A DNA stretch of 64,000 nt from Azolla caroliniana (lineage: Eukaryota; Plantae; Polypodiophyta), in assembly GCA_043228905.1 (NCBI GenBank), contig JBHGNT010000008.1:10292001-10356000 (forward strand), given 5' to 3'. Both the position numbers and the translations under genes were made by a program. Under the pieces are notes generated by a model. The model worked only from the letters and a program-made list of their open reading frames with translations. It searched no databases and was not told the DNA's origin. Of the stretch, positions 1 through 12,200 are shown piece by piece. Within the stretch, counting starts at the first letter, position 1. Every line of letters starts with the position of its first letter.

Positions 1-1545
1 ATAAGTGGGAAAGTATATCCATGGATTTTATTGTTAGCCTTCCTCGCACCCAAAAAGGTCATGATGCCATCTGGGTTGTCGTCAATCGACTAACTAAAAT
101 GGCCAGATTTATTGCTACTAAAACCACGGTAACAGCTCCTGAATTGGCTTACCAATTCGTTGACGAATTGTTTCGTTTTTATGGGTTATCGATGGATATC
201 GTGAGTGATCGAGATCCAAAGTTTACTAGTGACTTCTGGACACAAGTCTTTAAGAAGTTAGAAACTACGTTGAGCATGAGCTCCACGGATCATCCTCAAT
301 CCGATGGACAGACAGAACGAGTAAATCAAATTATTGAGGACATGCTTCGAGCATACGTTGGTGCAAAACCAACAAAATGGGAACGTTATCTCCCAATTTT
401 GGAGTTTGCTTATAATAGCTCCAAGCATACGTCGACGGGATATAGTCCGTTTATGTTGATGTATGGTTTTCAGCCACGAGCCCCGATTGATGTTAATATA
501 CCTCCTGATGAGTTGCGAAGTACGCAAAACTTTCTTCAGGATATGCAAGATATGTTGCATATTGCACGAGATAATATAAAAACAGCTCAAGATAGAGCGC
601 GTTTTTATGCCGATCATCATAGGCAACCTCGTATATTCAACCCTGGACAGAAGGTATTTTTACGTGTACCTCACAATTCTAAGACATTGTCTACGGGTAA
701 GTGCGCTAAGTTAGCCTCACGGTTTTGTGGACCTTTTACAGTCCTCAAACGCATTGGGTCATCAGCCTATCGTCTCGCTCTTCCTGATGGTGTCGGAATT
801 CATCCAGTCTTTCATGTGAGTCGTCTAAAAGAACTTCTAGGTTCTGGCGACAATACAGTTACGACTGAAACTCTGGTTACTTCTGAAGAATTATCTTCTA
901 AACCACATGTACCAGAAAGAATTCTCGATGTTAAAACAAAAAAATTACGTACTAAAGAAATCCGAGAATTTAAAATAAAATGGATGGATAAATCAATAAA
1001 AGATGCCACATGGGAACACGAAAATACTCTTAGAACTAACTTCCCTAACTTTCCATTGCAAGAGTGCAATGTTTTAAAGAGGGGGAGTATGTTACGGGCA
1101 TGACCATATAATATCCCGTGGTAAGAATTTACCATAGTATTCTATACACGTGGATAAGTGTGAGGGTTAAACGAGAGTGTAAAGAAGGGGAGGATTACTT
1201 TTAATCCTCGGGATTGAGACAACCCATTAGGTCAAGTGTGAACTTGCCTGGGGGCCTTGGGTATCGCTATAAATAAGAGGCCTAGCTACCCTCATTTGAT
1301 CATCTTTTGAACTACATCGAGACTCTGCTCGTGTGGTGGGTCAACTCTTGTAGCGAGTGCGCCAGCACCAGGTACGACTCGACGCCACGGCGGTGGTATG
1401 GGACACCGATCGAGGCTCGAGTCCGTCTCGATCCCTTCGCTCGGGGGTGGTCGGGTGGATCAGCACCCTTCTTTCTCTTTCTCCTTTCTATCTTTCATTT
1501 CTTTATCCTTATCTTAAGCTTACTTTAGTACCTAGATCTATAATA
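1..1545 (+). mobile_element. Element A: 3' end of a Ty3/Gypsy chromovirus (integrase-chromodomain, PPT, 3' LTR ~1090-1545)
   Basis: Integrase ORF, then PPT AAGAGGGGGAG (~1077-1087), then LTR starting TGTTACGGGC at 1090. The LTR is homologous to the B LTRs. Its right end is approximate. Confidence 0.93.
21..1103 (+). CDS. Gypsy integrase core + GPF motif + chromodomain (partial pol, continues off-window)
   Basis: MDFIVSLP, VSDRDPKF, HPQSDGQTERVNQ, CGPF, IHPVFHVSRLK, and C-terminal PERILD...FKIKW...ATWE. Confidence 0.9.
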   Translation: MDFIVSLPRTQKGHDAIWVVVNRLTKMARFIATKTTVTAPELAYQFVDELFRFYGLSMDIVSDRDPKFTSDFWTQVFKKLETTLSMSSTDHPQSDGQTERVNQIIEDMLRAYVGAKPTKWERYLPILEFAYNSSKHTSTGYSPFMLMYGFQPRAPIDVNIPPDELRSTQNFLQDMQDMLHIARDNIKTAQDRARFYADHHRQPRIFNPGQKVFLRVPHNSKTLSTGKCAKLASRFCGPFTVLKRIGSSAYRLALPDGVGIHPVFHVSRLKELLGSGDNTVTTETLVTSEELSSKPHVPERILDVKTKKLRTKEIREFKIKWMDKSIKDATWEHENTLRTNFPNFPLQECNVLKRGSMLRA

Positions 1546-2099
1546 AGTGTACCATACATTTTTTGCTTGTGGTATCCCCTCTGCTCATTGTCCTTGTTGT
1601 GACCCCTTTGCAATGAACAAGCAATGACCTCGGCACACGGTATTAGAGATATGATCTAATATAAGTGTATGATAAGGAGAAGAGAATGATAGATAGATAG
1701 ATGGAAAGGAGAGAGAGAAAGAAGGGTGTGGATCCACCCGGCCACCCCCGAGCGAAGGGATCGAGGCGGACTCGAGCCTCGATCAACGTCCCATACCACC
1801 GTCGTGGCGTCGAGTCGTACCTGGTGCTGGCGCGCTCGCTACAAGAGTTGAACCACTACGAAACAGAGTCTCGACGTAGTCAAAAGATGATGAAATGAGG
1901 GTAGCTAGGCCTCTTATTTATAGCGATACCCAAGGCCCCCAGGCAAGTTCATACTTTGCCTAATGGGTTGTCTCAATCGTCATGATTAAAAGTAATCCTC
2001 CCCTTCTTTACACTCTCGTTTAACCCTCACACTTATCCGCGTGTATAGAATACCACGGTAATTCTCACCACGGCATATTATATGGTCATGCCCGTAACA

Positions 2100-5000
2100 A
2101 ACTCCCCCTCTTTAAAACATTGCACTCTTCCAATGGAAAGTTAGGGAAGTTAGTTCTGAGAGTATTTTCGCGTTCCCATGTGGAATCTTTTATTGATTTA
2201 TCCATCCATTTTATTTTAAATTCTCGGATTTCTTTAGTACGTGATTTTTTTTTGTTTTAACATCGAGAATTCTTTTCGGTACATGTGGTTTAGAAGATAA
2301 TTCTTCAAAAGTAACTAGAGTTTTAGTTGCTAGAACCTAGAAGTTCTTTTAGACGACTCACATGAAAAACTGGATGAATTTCAACACCATCGGGAAGAAC
2401 GAGACGATAGGCTAATGACCCAATGCGTTTGAGGAGCGCACTTACCCGTAGACAATGTCTTAGAATTGTGAGGTACACGTAAAAATACCTTCTGTCCAGG
2501 GTTGAATACACGAGGTTGCCTATGATGATCGGCATAAAAACGCACTCCATCTTGAGCTGTTTTTATATTATCTCGTGCAATATGCAACATATCTTGCATA
2601 TCCAGAAGAAAGTTTTGCATACTTCGCAAATCCTCATGATATATATTAACATCAATCGGGGCTCGTGGCTAAAAACCATACATCAACATAAAAAGACTAT
2701 ATCCCGTCAATGTATGCTTGCAGCTGTTATAAGCAAACTCCAAAAATTGGGAGATAACGTTCCCATTTTGTTGGTTTTGTACCAACGTATGCTCGAAGAA
2801 TGTCCTCAATAATTTGATTTACTCATTTTGTCTGTCCATCACATTGAGGATGATCCATGGAGCTCATGCTCAATGTAGTTTCTAACTTCTTAAAGACTTG
2901 TGTCCAGAAGTCACTAGTAAACTTTGGATCTTGATCACTCACGATATCCATCGATAACCCATAAAAACGAAATAACTCATCAACGAATTGGTAAGCCAAT
3001 TCAGGAGTTGTTACCATGGTTTTTGTAGCAATAAATCTGGCCATTTTAGTTAGTCTGTCAACCACAACCCAAATGGCATCATGACCTTTTTGGGTGTGAG
3101 GAAGTCTAACAATAAAATCCGTGGATATACTTCCCACTTATTTTTGGGAATGTCCAAGGGATGTAAAAGTCATGCGGCTTTAAGTCGCTCAACTTTGTTA
3201 ACATTACATTGGTGACATTTAGTCACATATTTATGTATGTCAAGATGCATCTTAGGCCAATAAAATTGAGTGGAGATGAGAACGAGTGTACGATGTATTC
3301 CAGGGTGCCCTGCTGAGGGTGCATCATGGCATTCAAAAAGAATCCTCTTTTTGACCTTAGGTAAATTTGGAACACAAACCTTCCCATTACGGTAGAGCAA
3401 ACCATTAGCAATGTGGAAGTATTCCTTCGAGGATGTGGTGGTGTCTGTTCCAGACTCAACTCTTGCCCAGTATTTCGCAAAATAACTGTCATCAGGATAC
3501 TTTCCTTGAAGGTGATCATAAAGATCTGATGTTATTTCAGTGAAGCTAAGAATGTTAACTTCACGGATGCGACTTAGTGCATCAACGACAGTGTTCATGG
3601 AACCTTTACAATATCGTATGGAAAAATCAAAGTCCTGGATGAGATCAACCCATCGTGCCTTACAACCTTTCAGGTCTTGTTGGTCACAAAAATATATCAA
3701 GGACTCGTGGTCTGTAGTTACCATAAAGCGATTTCCATAAAGATAATGGCGCCATGTTTTGAGCGCATGTATAACTGCAAATAATTCCTTTTCTTGAACC
3801 GTATACCGACATTGAGTAGAATCAAGTTTCTTACTCTCGAATGCTATTGGTTTACCATCTTGATATACGACATCATCTATAGCATAATCACTTGCATCGA
3901 TTTCAACCTCAAAAGATTTTGAAGGATCGGGTAAAAGACGTGAAGGAGCCTTGCACACCAGGTCCTCGAGTTCCTTAAAGGTGAGGTCTAGTGTAGCATT
4001 CCAAACAATAGGTTTTGTAGACTTACGCGTTTGACCTTTTAGAAGATCAGTAATCGTCAATTGGGAGTAATTACAAAAGGATTTTCACAAAAGCCCGACA
4101 AAACCAAGGAATGATCGAACTTCTCGAATATTCCGAAGAGTGAGCCAAAGCTTGATTTTCTCGATGCGAGAAGGATCAATTTCAACTCCTCATTCGGTTA
4201 TGAGATGTCCTAGATAAGTAATTGATTTCTTGAAGAACTCACATTTTGAGATCTTCGCATAAAACTATTTGTCACGCAATGTTTGTAAAACAAAGCAGAC
4301 ATGTTTAACATGTTCTTGTAATGTACAACTATAAACTAAAATATCATCCAAGAAAATAACGACAACTTTTCCAAGTTGTTCTTGGAAAATGTCATTCATT
4401 TCTTGTTGAAATGTAGCCAGAGCATTGGTCAAACCATAAGGCATAACCAAAAACTCATAATGGCCATAGGAAATACGAAATGTCGTTTTAAGAACATCAT
4501 CCTCACTTATACGAATTTGATGGTAGCCAGTATAGAGATCAAGTTTTGTAAAATACCGAGCTCCCTGGAGATGGTCAATTAGATCGTCAGCCCGGGGCAA
4601 TGGATACGAATTCTTGATCGTCACTTTATTCAAGCGTCAGTAATTAATACACATACACCATGTGCCCTCTTTCTTTTTAACCAAGAGAACTGGTGCACCC
4701 CATGGATATTTACTATAAGGTATATAACCCATTCGTAAATAGTCCTGGAGTTGCTTAGATACCTCATCCTCTTCGGATCGACTTAAGCGATAAGGAGGTA
4801 TACTTATTGGTGCAACGCTAGATACAATATCTATACGATGGTCTATATTATGTTTAGGAGGTAACCCATCTGGTAGTTCACTCGGAAAAACATCATGAAA
4901 ATCATTTAAGATTTCATCTAGTTGTTGTTGTTCAAAATATGTTAATTGAACCGAGACATTATCGATATTGTAAACATGAATGTCCGGATCAAGTACACAA

Positions 5001-5500
5001 TAAAATAGAGTAGAACAAGACAACTCGGATATTGATGGAGAGGAAACAATTGAGAGGGATTGTTTTTTTACACATTGAATAAAATGAGTACAATCGTTTA
5101 GTACAAATGTTATTGAATGATGAACCTAATCAATAGAGAAAGAAGAGTTTTTATTATAGAACTAGGGATAACCTAGTATTACATCAGTGGTACAAAGATT
5201 CATTACATGGAAGTCTACTTCCTCTATATAAGTATCAATTGAAATTCCTAATGAATGAATCGCCCCGTTAATGTATTGTACTCTTCCATCAGCCTAGTGC
5301 ATCGTGTAGGTGTGATCATTTACGGTGGGTAGGATTCCCCATATCTAAACCAAACGATCATTCACAAAGTTGTGCGAGCTTCCCGAATCAAACAAAAATT
5401 GTATGGGAGATCCATTGATATACCCGTTTGCAGGTAGTAAATCATTGGGACCCAATACATAGTGAGGGAAAGAACATTCACAATTACTTAAATGATCTGT
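2100..5500 (-). pseudogene. B pol: protease-RT-RNase H-integrase-chromodomain, disrupted
   Basis: LFDSGSSHNF (PR); [20 protein letters not shown] (RT); EIDASDYA (RH); HDAPSAGHPG and integrase core. Many stops and frameshifts. Confidence 0.92.
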
Positions 5501-5502
5501 AT

Positions 5503-5942
5503 TATCAGGAATAGTACTAAAGCAGAGAGGGAATTAGTACTAAGAAGAGAAGTACTATTAGTACTAAGAGGACGAGACTACGTAAGATTCCCGAGAGGGA
5601 AAGAGAGAAGAGGAGAGAGAGATAGCGAGGATGAGAAAGAGAGAGATGATCATAACAACTAATATATTATGTGAAGGATAAGTACAAAGTGGCTAAGAGG
5701 CTTTAGACTGGCATTGAACCAATTTGGTTCAACATAATGCCTAGTGCCTTCTTTTATAGTGTTCTCAGGAGTAATCTTGAAGCTTCTAGAATGTTCCAGA
5801 GAAATCTGGAATATACATTAATTTCTTATAATAAAATATAAATGAAAATAATATCTTACAAATTACAATAGATAGTGTGATGGTTAAGAGCTTGACCCAT
5901 ATACCATAAGGTCTTGGGTTCGAGTCTTGCCATATCATGACA
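5503..5942 (-). mobile_element. Solo LTR of the element-H (Tcn1-like) family, inserted between gag and protease of B
   Basis: Reverse complement matches LTR 46655-47147. Perfect 5-bp TSD TGTAT (5498-5502 and 5943-5947). Confidence 0.92.
5873..5926 (+). promoter_or_regulatory. tRNA-spaced Pol III A/B-box-like module in the U3 of the H-family LTR (antisense to the element)
   Basis: TAGTGTGATGG at 5873 and GGTTCGAGTC at 5917; the T8-to-T54 offset of 46 matches tRNA spacing. Confidence 0.5.
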
Positions 5943-6909
5943 TGTATAGACCTGAAGGACATTAGGAATCTGACCTTTATGGTCTATAGTTTTAGCTTTG
6001 TTGTCGTGCTCTTTGCGTTGGAGCTTTCGACATTGCTCTTTTGTATGACCCTTCTTTTTGCAGAATACGCAAAAGGGATGTTGTCGCTTACAATCGCAAT
6101 CCATGAATTCGTTGGATGTCTTGTGTTTCCTAGCAAATTGCGACTGTTTAGTCCTCGGGCGCTTCGGTGGGTTTGTTGTGTTCCTTCTTCGAAGTGCGTT
6201 GATAGAAAAGAACTATTTCAACGGCCTCTTCGAAGGATTTTGGATCCTTATCATACACTATCAAATGATAGTCCGAATTGGGGATGCCATTGACAAAACA
6301 AGCTATTAACCAATTATCCCCTTCTAGACCCGATTTTTGGATTTGGGTTCTAGCATGGTGAACATAGTATTCTAGCGAGGAAAACTTCCTGCTAGAGAGG
6401 TTTATTAAAGTTTGTGCTGCCTCGGTTCGAGAGGGAGGTTGTAGAAATTGGCCCTTCAAAACTGTGACAAAATTTATCCAAGTTTCAGGCACTTTCCCCA
6501 AAGTACGGAACACACGCCACCAGGCGGCGGCCTTACCCCCTAGTTCTCGGCTAACATATGCAATCTTCATACTATCTAGCGTGGGATAGAGCTCAAAATG
6601 AGACTCCCATCGGCCCAACCACCTGCAGATTGCTTCTTCGGTTATTTCCTTTTTTTCTCCCGTAAATGGCTTAACGACAAACGATGGTTCACCCTGTCGC
6701 ACATCAAGTCTATTAGTCTCACGTTGTAAACTAATGATACGTGCCTCGAGAGCACTTTGAGATTGTAGAAGTTCGGTCATCCGTTGAGCGGTGAAACTAA
6801 GGTAATGGCTTATTTGTGAAAAATACATCTCATTGAACATTTGTCTAGGAGGATTTCCTTGAGTTCCTTCCGCTTGAGCGGATGACATCGGGTCGTTATT
6901 TTGAGCCAT
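5943..6909 (-). pseudogene. B gag (Retrotrans_gag-like domain + CCHC knuckle)
   Basis: LGGKAAAWW motif; CVFCKKKGHTKEQC knuckle in the frameshifted ORF 5856-6104. Confidence 0.88.
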
Positions 6910-8632
6910 TGAATGATTATTTCTGGCAAAGAAATAGGATAAGGTCAAACAAATAGTCATAACATCATGTCATGATGTAAACATATCATGGGCAAACATT
7001 AATCGATATCATGATCTCACGTCAATACCCCTCTAGATGTATGAGATGAGGTTGAAGATTAGGTTACTATGGTAACACAAAGGTGTTTTAAAAACCATGG
7101 TGGTGACAAATTAATGTCTTTCCCTGATCTCTATATCGATTTTTTTCATGGCAGCTCCTCGAGGCTCAACCATGTATGTTCGCGTCATGAATAGTTTATA
7201 CACGAAAAAAATGTTAATAATAAACTATGTTTCTATGCCCACATATGTGGTTTCGGCTCTTTAAGTCCTATTACGAGGACCCCAAAGTGCATTTAAACCT
7301 CAAGTCTAAACATCTGTTATAGTCATATGTATCAATGATATTGTATGGTCTTGGTCATATTTGAACTCGAGACCTCGAGAACATATGCATTAAACACTTG
7401 AGCTAACAAACTAAGTTGCTCTTCTTGAATGGTTAATATTTATTGTGTATAAGAGATATGCGAGGCATTTGTCCATATATGTTTTTTTTAAAAGAAACAT
7501 ATATGTCAAGAGTCCTTATTTCCCCCTCGTTTACCACAAACTTTGTTGGTACGTTACCTAACCTCAAGTCTCGTAATTACGATGGCATACGCCAAAATGC
7601 AACCTAATGATCAAGCCAAATGAGCCCTCTTTTCGTAGTAGGCCCACGTGGTCCATCACATGGTTACGTCATTACAAATGCCTTTCGTAAGAATGATCTC
7701 ATGGTGGCATCGTATCCATGTAATGAGGGAGGGATGTTGGATATGTGTGTCATAAGAGCGACCTCACATCAAGTGGGTCAAGCCCTACATTCTCAACACC
7801 ATTGTGGCTAAGATTGTTTCATTGCGTAACAAAACCGAAGGCACCAACGGGGATGTCAACAATAAAAATTTGTTGAAAAAGGGATAGTGACAACACCATT
7901 CTCACAAAAATGTGAGGACGGCCACCAAGATCCTTTCCCCGAAAAGGAAAAAATTTGATATTGAAATCACATAATAACTTATATACACATATGTATATTA
8001 TCACATATATATGATCAAATACGTATACACGTGACCACATATGCATATATAAAAGAAATCGTAATATAAAATAGCCAAAAATGATGTAATCGAGATACGT
8101 AATCGAGGCATATACCCTCTACGCACACGAAACATCTAAAAATAAGGGTTAATCATAATACGCAATTGAGGTATTGACCTCATACGCATATTGTTAATCC
8201 TTAGGGCCGGACAATGGCCTAACACAGGGTGTCTCTGGAAGACACTTCACCAAAGGGGTGTTACGGCGAGATAACTTAAGACACAACGATTAATCCGACT
8301 TAATTGGCTACTTAGCAATAAGGCATTCACTTCATACACGCATAAGATATAACAATTAATACAGAACGGTAATCAATACGTGAAGATAAAACAACAAGCT
8401 TATATTAATTCTCCGTTAAAGTTTTACATTGTAACCGGGCCTTTATATAGGTCACCGGTGTTGCGTACAAAACGGTGCCAACCGGCACCTGTTCGGAACC
8501 GGTCCGGATCCGGATCGGCATACCAATTCTGGTCCGTCCGTTCACTGCATAATTATAATCTATTCTACTTAATTCAAATATATTCCGAATAACCATTCTG
8601 GTCTTTAACTCCTTTGTCGGCCGGGTAACACA

Positions 8633-8673
8633 TGGCACGCCCGTGGGACAGTACCTTGTACATCGAATCCCAC
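8633..8673 (-). other. tRNA-3'-half-like structured motif at the position where C should have a PPT
   Basis: Sense strand reads GTGGGATTCGATGTACAAGGTACTGTCCCACGGGCGTGCCA, 2 nt before the 3' LTR. No purine run is present. A homologue lies at 52858-52897. Confidence 0.7.
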
Positions 8674-9267
8674 TATCCGGCCCTTAGACTTTGTCCAAGA
8701 TATCGAGAATACTTTGCTCCAGGGTATCCAATGGTTGTTCGGAACTCTGTTGTTGTTGTTGCTACGACTGTTGTTGCTGTTGTGACTGCGGTTGTGGCTG
8801 TTGTTGTGGCGCCGGCTCCTCTGACTGTTGCTCCTTAGATGGCGTGTGTTCGGCTGCCCGGTACCGGCGGTTGTGGAGGTGATTCCTCTGTTAGCTGCTC
8901 CGCCGGATTTGACTCTAGTTGACTCGCCCCGGCCTTGTCTCCGTCCGGTCCTTGGTCCGGTGATGGCTCCTCATCGATGAGGTTGACAGTCGCTGCCTGC
9001 TTTGCTTTTCTCTCCATAGCCTAGTCCTGTCATAGCTTTCAAACTGGATTTGAGCATCCAGTCGATCATCATCTAGCTGTGCTACAAGTTGTCGAACCAC
9101 TACTGACTGTTCCTCCGCCAGAGTTACAAAATCCTCGGCTAACTCATCTCTTACGACGGTGAAGTCCTCCTTTGTTAGCATGTAGTAGTCGTCGCCATCC
9201 TTCTACCGGTTTTTCGCGTCCGCCCGTAGCAAAGGGAGCTCGGTTGTGTGCTTTGCCCATTTGTCCC

Positions 9268-12200
9268 TGTTGAGAGACAAGCTCAACATCGGTCGGATCG
9301 GTTGAAGAAGCCGAGGACCGGATCGGTTGGGACCGATCGGTTAGGCCGAATGCATAAACCGGTACGCAGACCGGTGCGTAGGTAGGGCCGGATCGGTGCG
9401 TAAACCGGGAGGCCGTTAGGAAAGACATTCCGTGAGGAATATGTTTGGGAGTTAGTGTAGGAGCTCTCGATGAGCATTGAAGTACTGTCAGTACTTCTAT
9501 CAGTCCTTCTTGGAATTGTATAAAAGTGTTCATTGAACACACATATGTATAGAGTCGAAAATAGAGTGTTGAATATAGTTCTTGTGTTCTCTCTCTCTCC
9601 CGAGTATACTGCGTAAGCTCAAGCTCTCCATTAAACCTGAGCGTTCTTCCTTGTGTTCGGTCTTCATACTTGCTTCCGCACGCTACTTTTTGCATGGTAT
9701 CAGAGCGCGAGGGTTGAGAACCTCTCTGCAGCCGACACAGCTTGACGAAGAAGAACAAGAAGAACGATGGATAGAGGCATGGCGAACTCGCTTCCAACAG
9801 AGAAGCTCGACAGAACCAACTACGCGTCTTGGTCCTACAAGATGCACCAGTACCTGCTCGGGCACGGCTACTAGAGTTATGTCGAAGGAGCTAATGACGC
9901 GACACCCGAATCGACACACAGAGACTTCCCGTCGTGGGAGCAATCGACGAGCAGGGTATTATACTGCTTCGCGTCGTGTGTGGGCGAACAACTATTGAGC
10001 TATGTTCGGGATGCAAAGACGCCGAAGGGTGCGTGGGAAAATCTGAAGAAGATTTTCGCCGCGAGCACCATAGCCAGGAAGCTTCAGCTCCGACAGGAGT
10101 TGAGCAACCTACGACAACGCGACTTGTCGGTGGTGGACTATACCTCAAAGATCAAGGATATCTGCGACTCCCTCGCCTCCATAGAGGTGAACATCGAGGA
10201 GAGCGAGATGATCCAGATCTGTCTCGGAGGTTTGGTGTCGAAGTTCGGAGCATTCCGAACGGCTGTGTGTACTCGGGAGAATATGCCGTCCTTTTTCGAC
10301 TTACAGTCAATGCTCCTGGTAGAGGAGAACCACGCGGGTGCGTCTACAAGCACGCACACCGACAATAGAATGCTGTACACGGAGGGATAATGTTGTACAC
10401 GGAGGACGAGGCGAGTCGGTGCGCAATGGAGGCGGCCGATGAGATCAAGAAAGAAGGCACCGAAGTGATGCTGACAGCAACTCCGGACCCTCCAAAAACA
10501 GGGGGAGTCGAAGCGATGAGAACCAGCAAGGGAAGGCCATCGCGGAGTGCTGGTACTGTGGCAAGAAAGGCCATAGGGAAAGTGAGTGCTGGAAGAAGCG
10601 CGCCGATTCGGAGAGAACCGGTTCCGGAAACGGCTCCGGACATACCGACAAGGGAAATCGGAAGCGATCGCACTACGCCGAAGACTCCGGGAGAGCCGGA
10701 GAAGGGTCTGCCTTCGTGACGAGACACGAAGCAAACTCAATGAAACAGACCACCCCGAGATCGGACGAGGTGTGGTACGTAGAGTCCGGCGCGTCAAACC
10801 ACATGACGAGCCATAAGGAGTGGTTCTCGTACCTTGAAAAACCAATACAACCTGGAGTAGTCGCAACTGGAGACGACACTCCGCATCCGATTGCGAATGT
10901 CGGAGAAGTTCCCCTTAGCCTTGTCGGGTAGAAAGGGTCGGACAGATCTTCGACCAAGGGATGGAGGTTCGGTTTACACACCTCGAGTGCTTCATTGAGG
11001 AAGATGGCCGTGCGATTGCGCAAGGGCGCAGAGACGGGAGGATGTTCATCATCGACTCCACTGACGGCGGCATCGCAATGTTCGCGAAGGGACAAAAATC
11101 CGAATCAGACATCGACTTGTGGCACAAGCGGATAGGCCACGTCAACTACCAGCGGCTTCAAGATCTGCAATCGAAACAGGTAGTGTTCGGATTGCCCAAA
11201 TTTAGTGGCCGAAAGGCACAAATTTGTGAAGCCTGCCAGCTTGGGAAAGCAACACCGACTTCCTTTCCCAAACGAACGAAACCGGAGCCGGAACAAGCTC
11301 GACCTTATACACTCCGATGTATGGGGGCCGGCACAAAACATTAGTCTTGGCGGGAGCCGATATTTCGTCTCCTTCATCGACGACCACACGCGGCACACGT
11401 GGATCTACCTCATTGAGAGGAAGAGCAAAGTCTTCGACTGTTTCCGGGACCTCAAAGGGTTCGTGGAGAAAAGGAGGAAGCTGGACGCAAAGGCCGAGAA
11501 ATGCATATTGGTCGGTTACTCGGACGAGCAGAAGGGTTATAAGTGCTATAACCCTCGCACCAAACAAGCGCGTGTTAGACGAGTCTGCGTCCTGGTACCA
11601 ACCCCCGACTCCAAAACCCGACTCCAATCCGAGCTCTGACGATGAGGTCAGCGACGCCGAGATGCCTCCGGCTGAGCCCAAAATCGAGACTCGCGAAGAG
11701 AGTCCGATTTCACTCCGTTTAAGTGGACCGATTGGACGACTAATTCGGTACGACCAGTCCAATGAAGAGCCGGCGAGTAGTGGAGACTCGACTGTGCATT
11801 CCCCGCGCAGGAAGCCGAGGAGACGGGTTATGCGCAAAGAGAAAGGGAATAAGAAGGTGTCGGATTTCGGCATGTATAAGAACGAGTCAGACCGACGCGA
11901 GTCCGACTCTGAGGGAACCGGTGACGGGTCTTTAAAGATGAAGACCGCGTCGACCGAGAAGGCCTCCACATCGGCTAATGTGAGATTACGCCGATCTACC
12001 CGCCAGAAGAATCCTGTTTTGCGGTTCGGATACAACGAGTACATGGCGCATCATTATGCGTACATGACTCGTGTAGCGGAAGTGCGTGAGCCGGAAAGCT
12101 ACGCAGAAGCGGCTAAAGACGCGAATTGGCATGCCGCGATGGAGGAAGAGATGCACGCATTGGCGGAGAACGAGACCTGGGACCTGGTTTCCGCACCAAT

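Noticed and set aside
7355-7420. Another tRNA-like segment on the minus strand in the B leader (GAGTTCAAAT)
   Set aside because: The A-box is weak and the stems are unconvincing.
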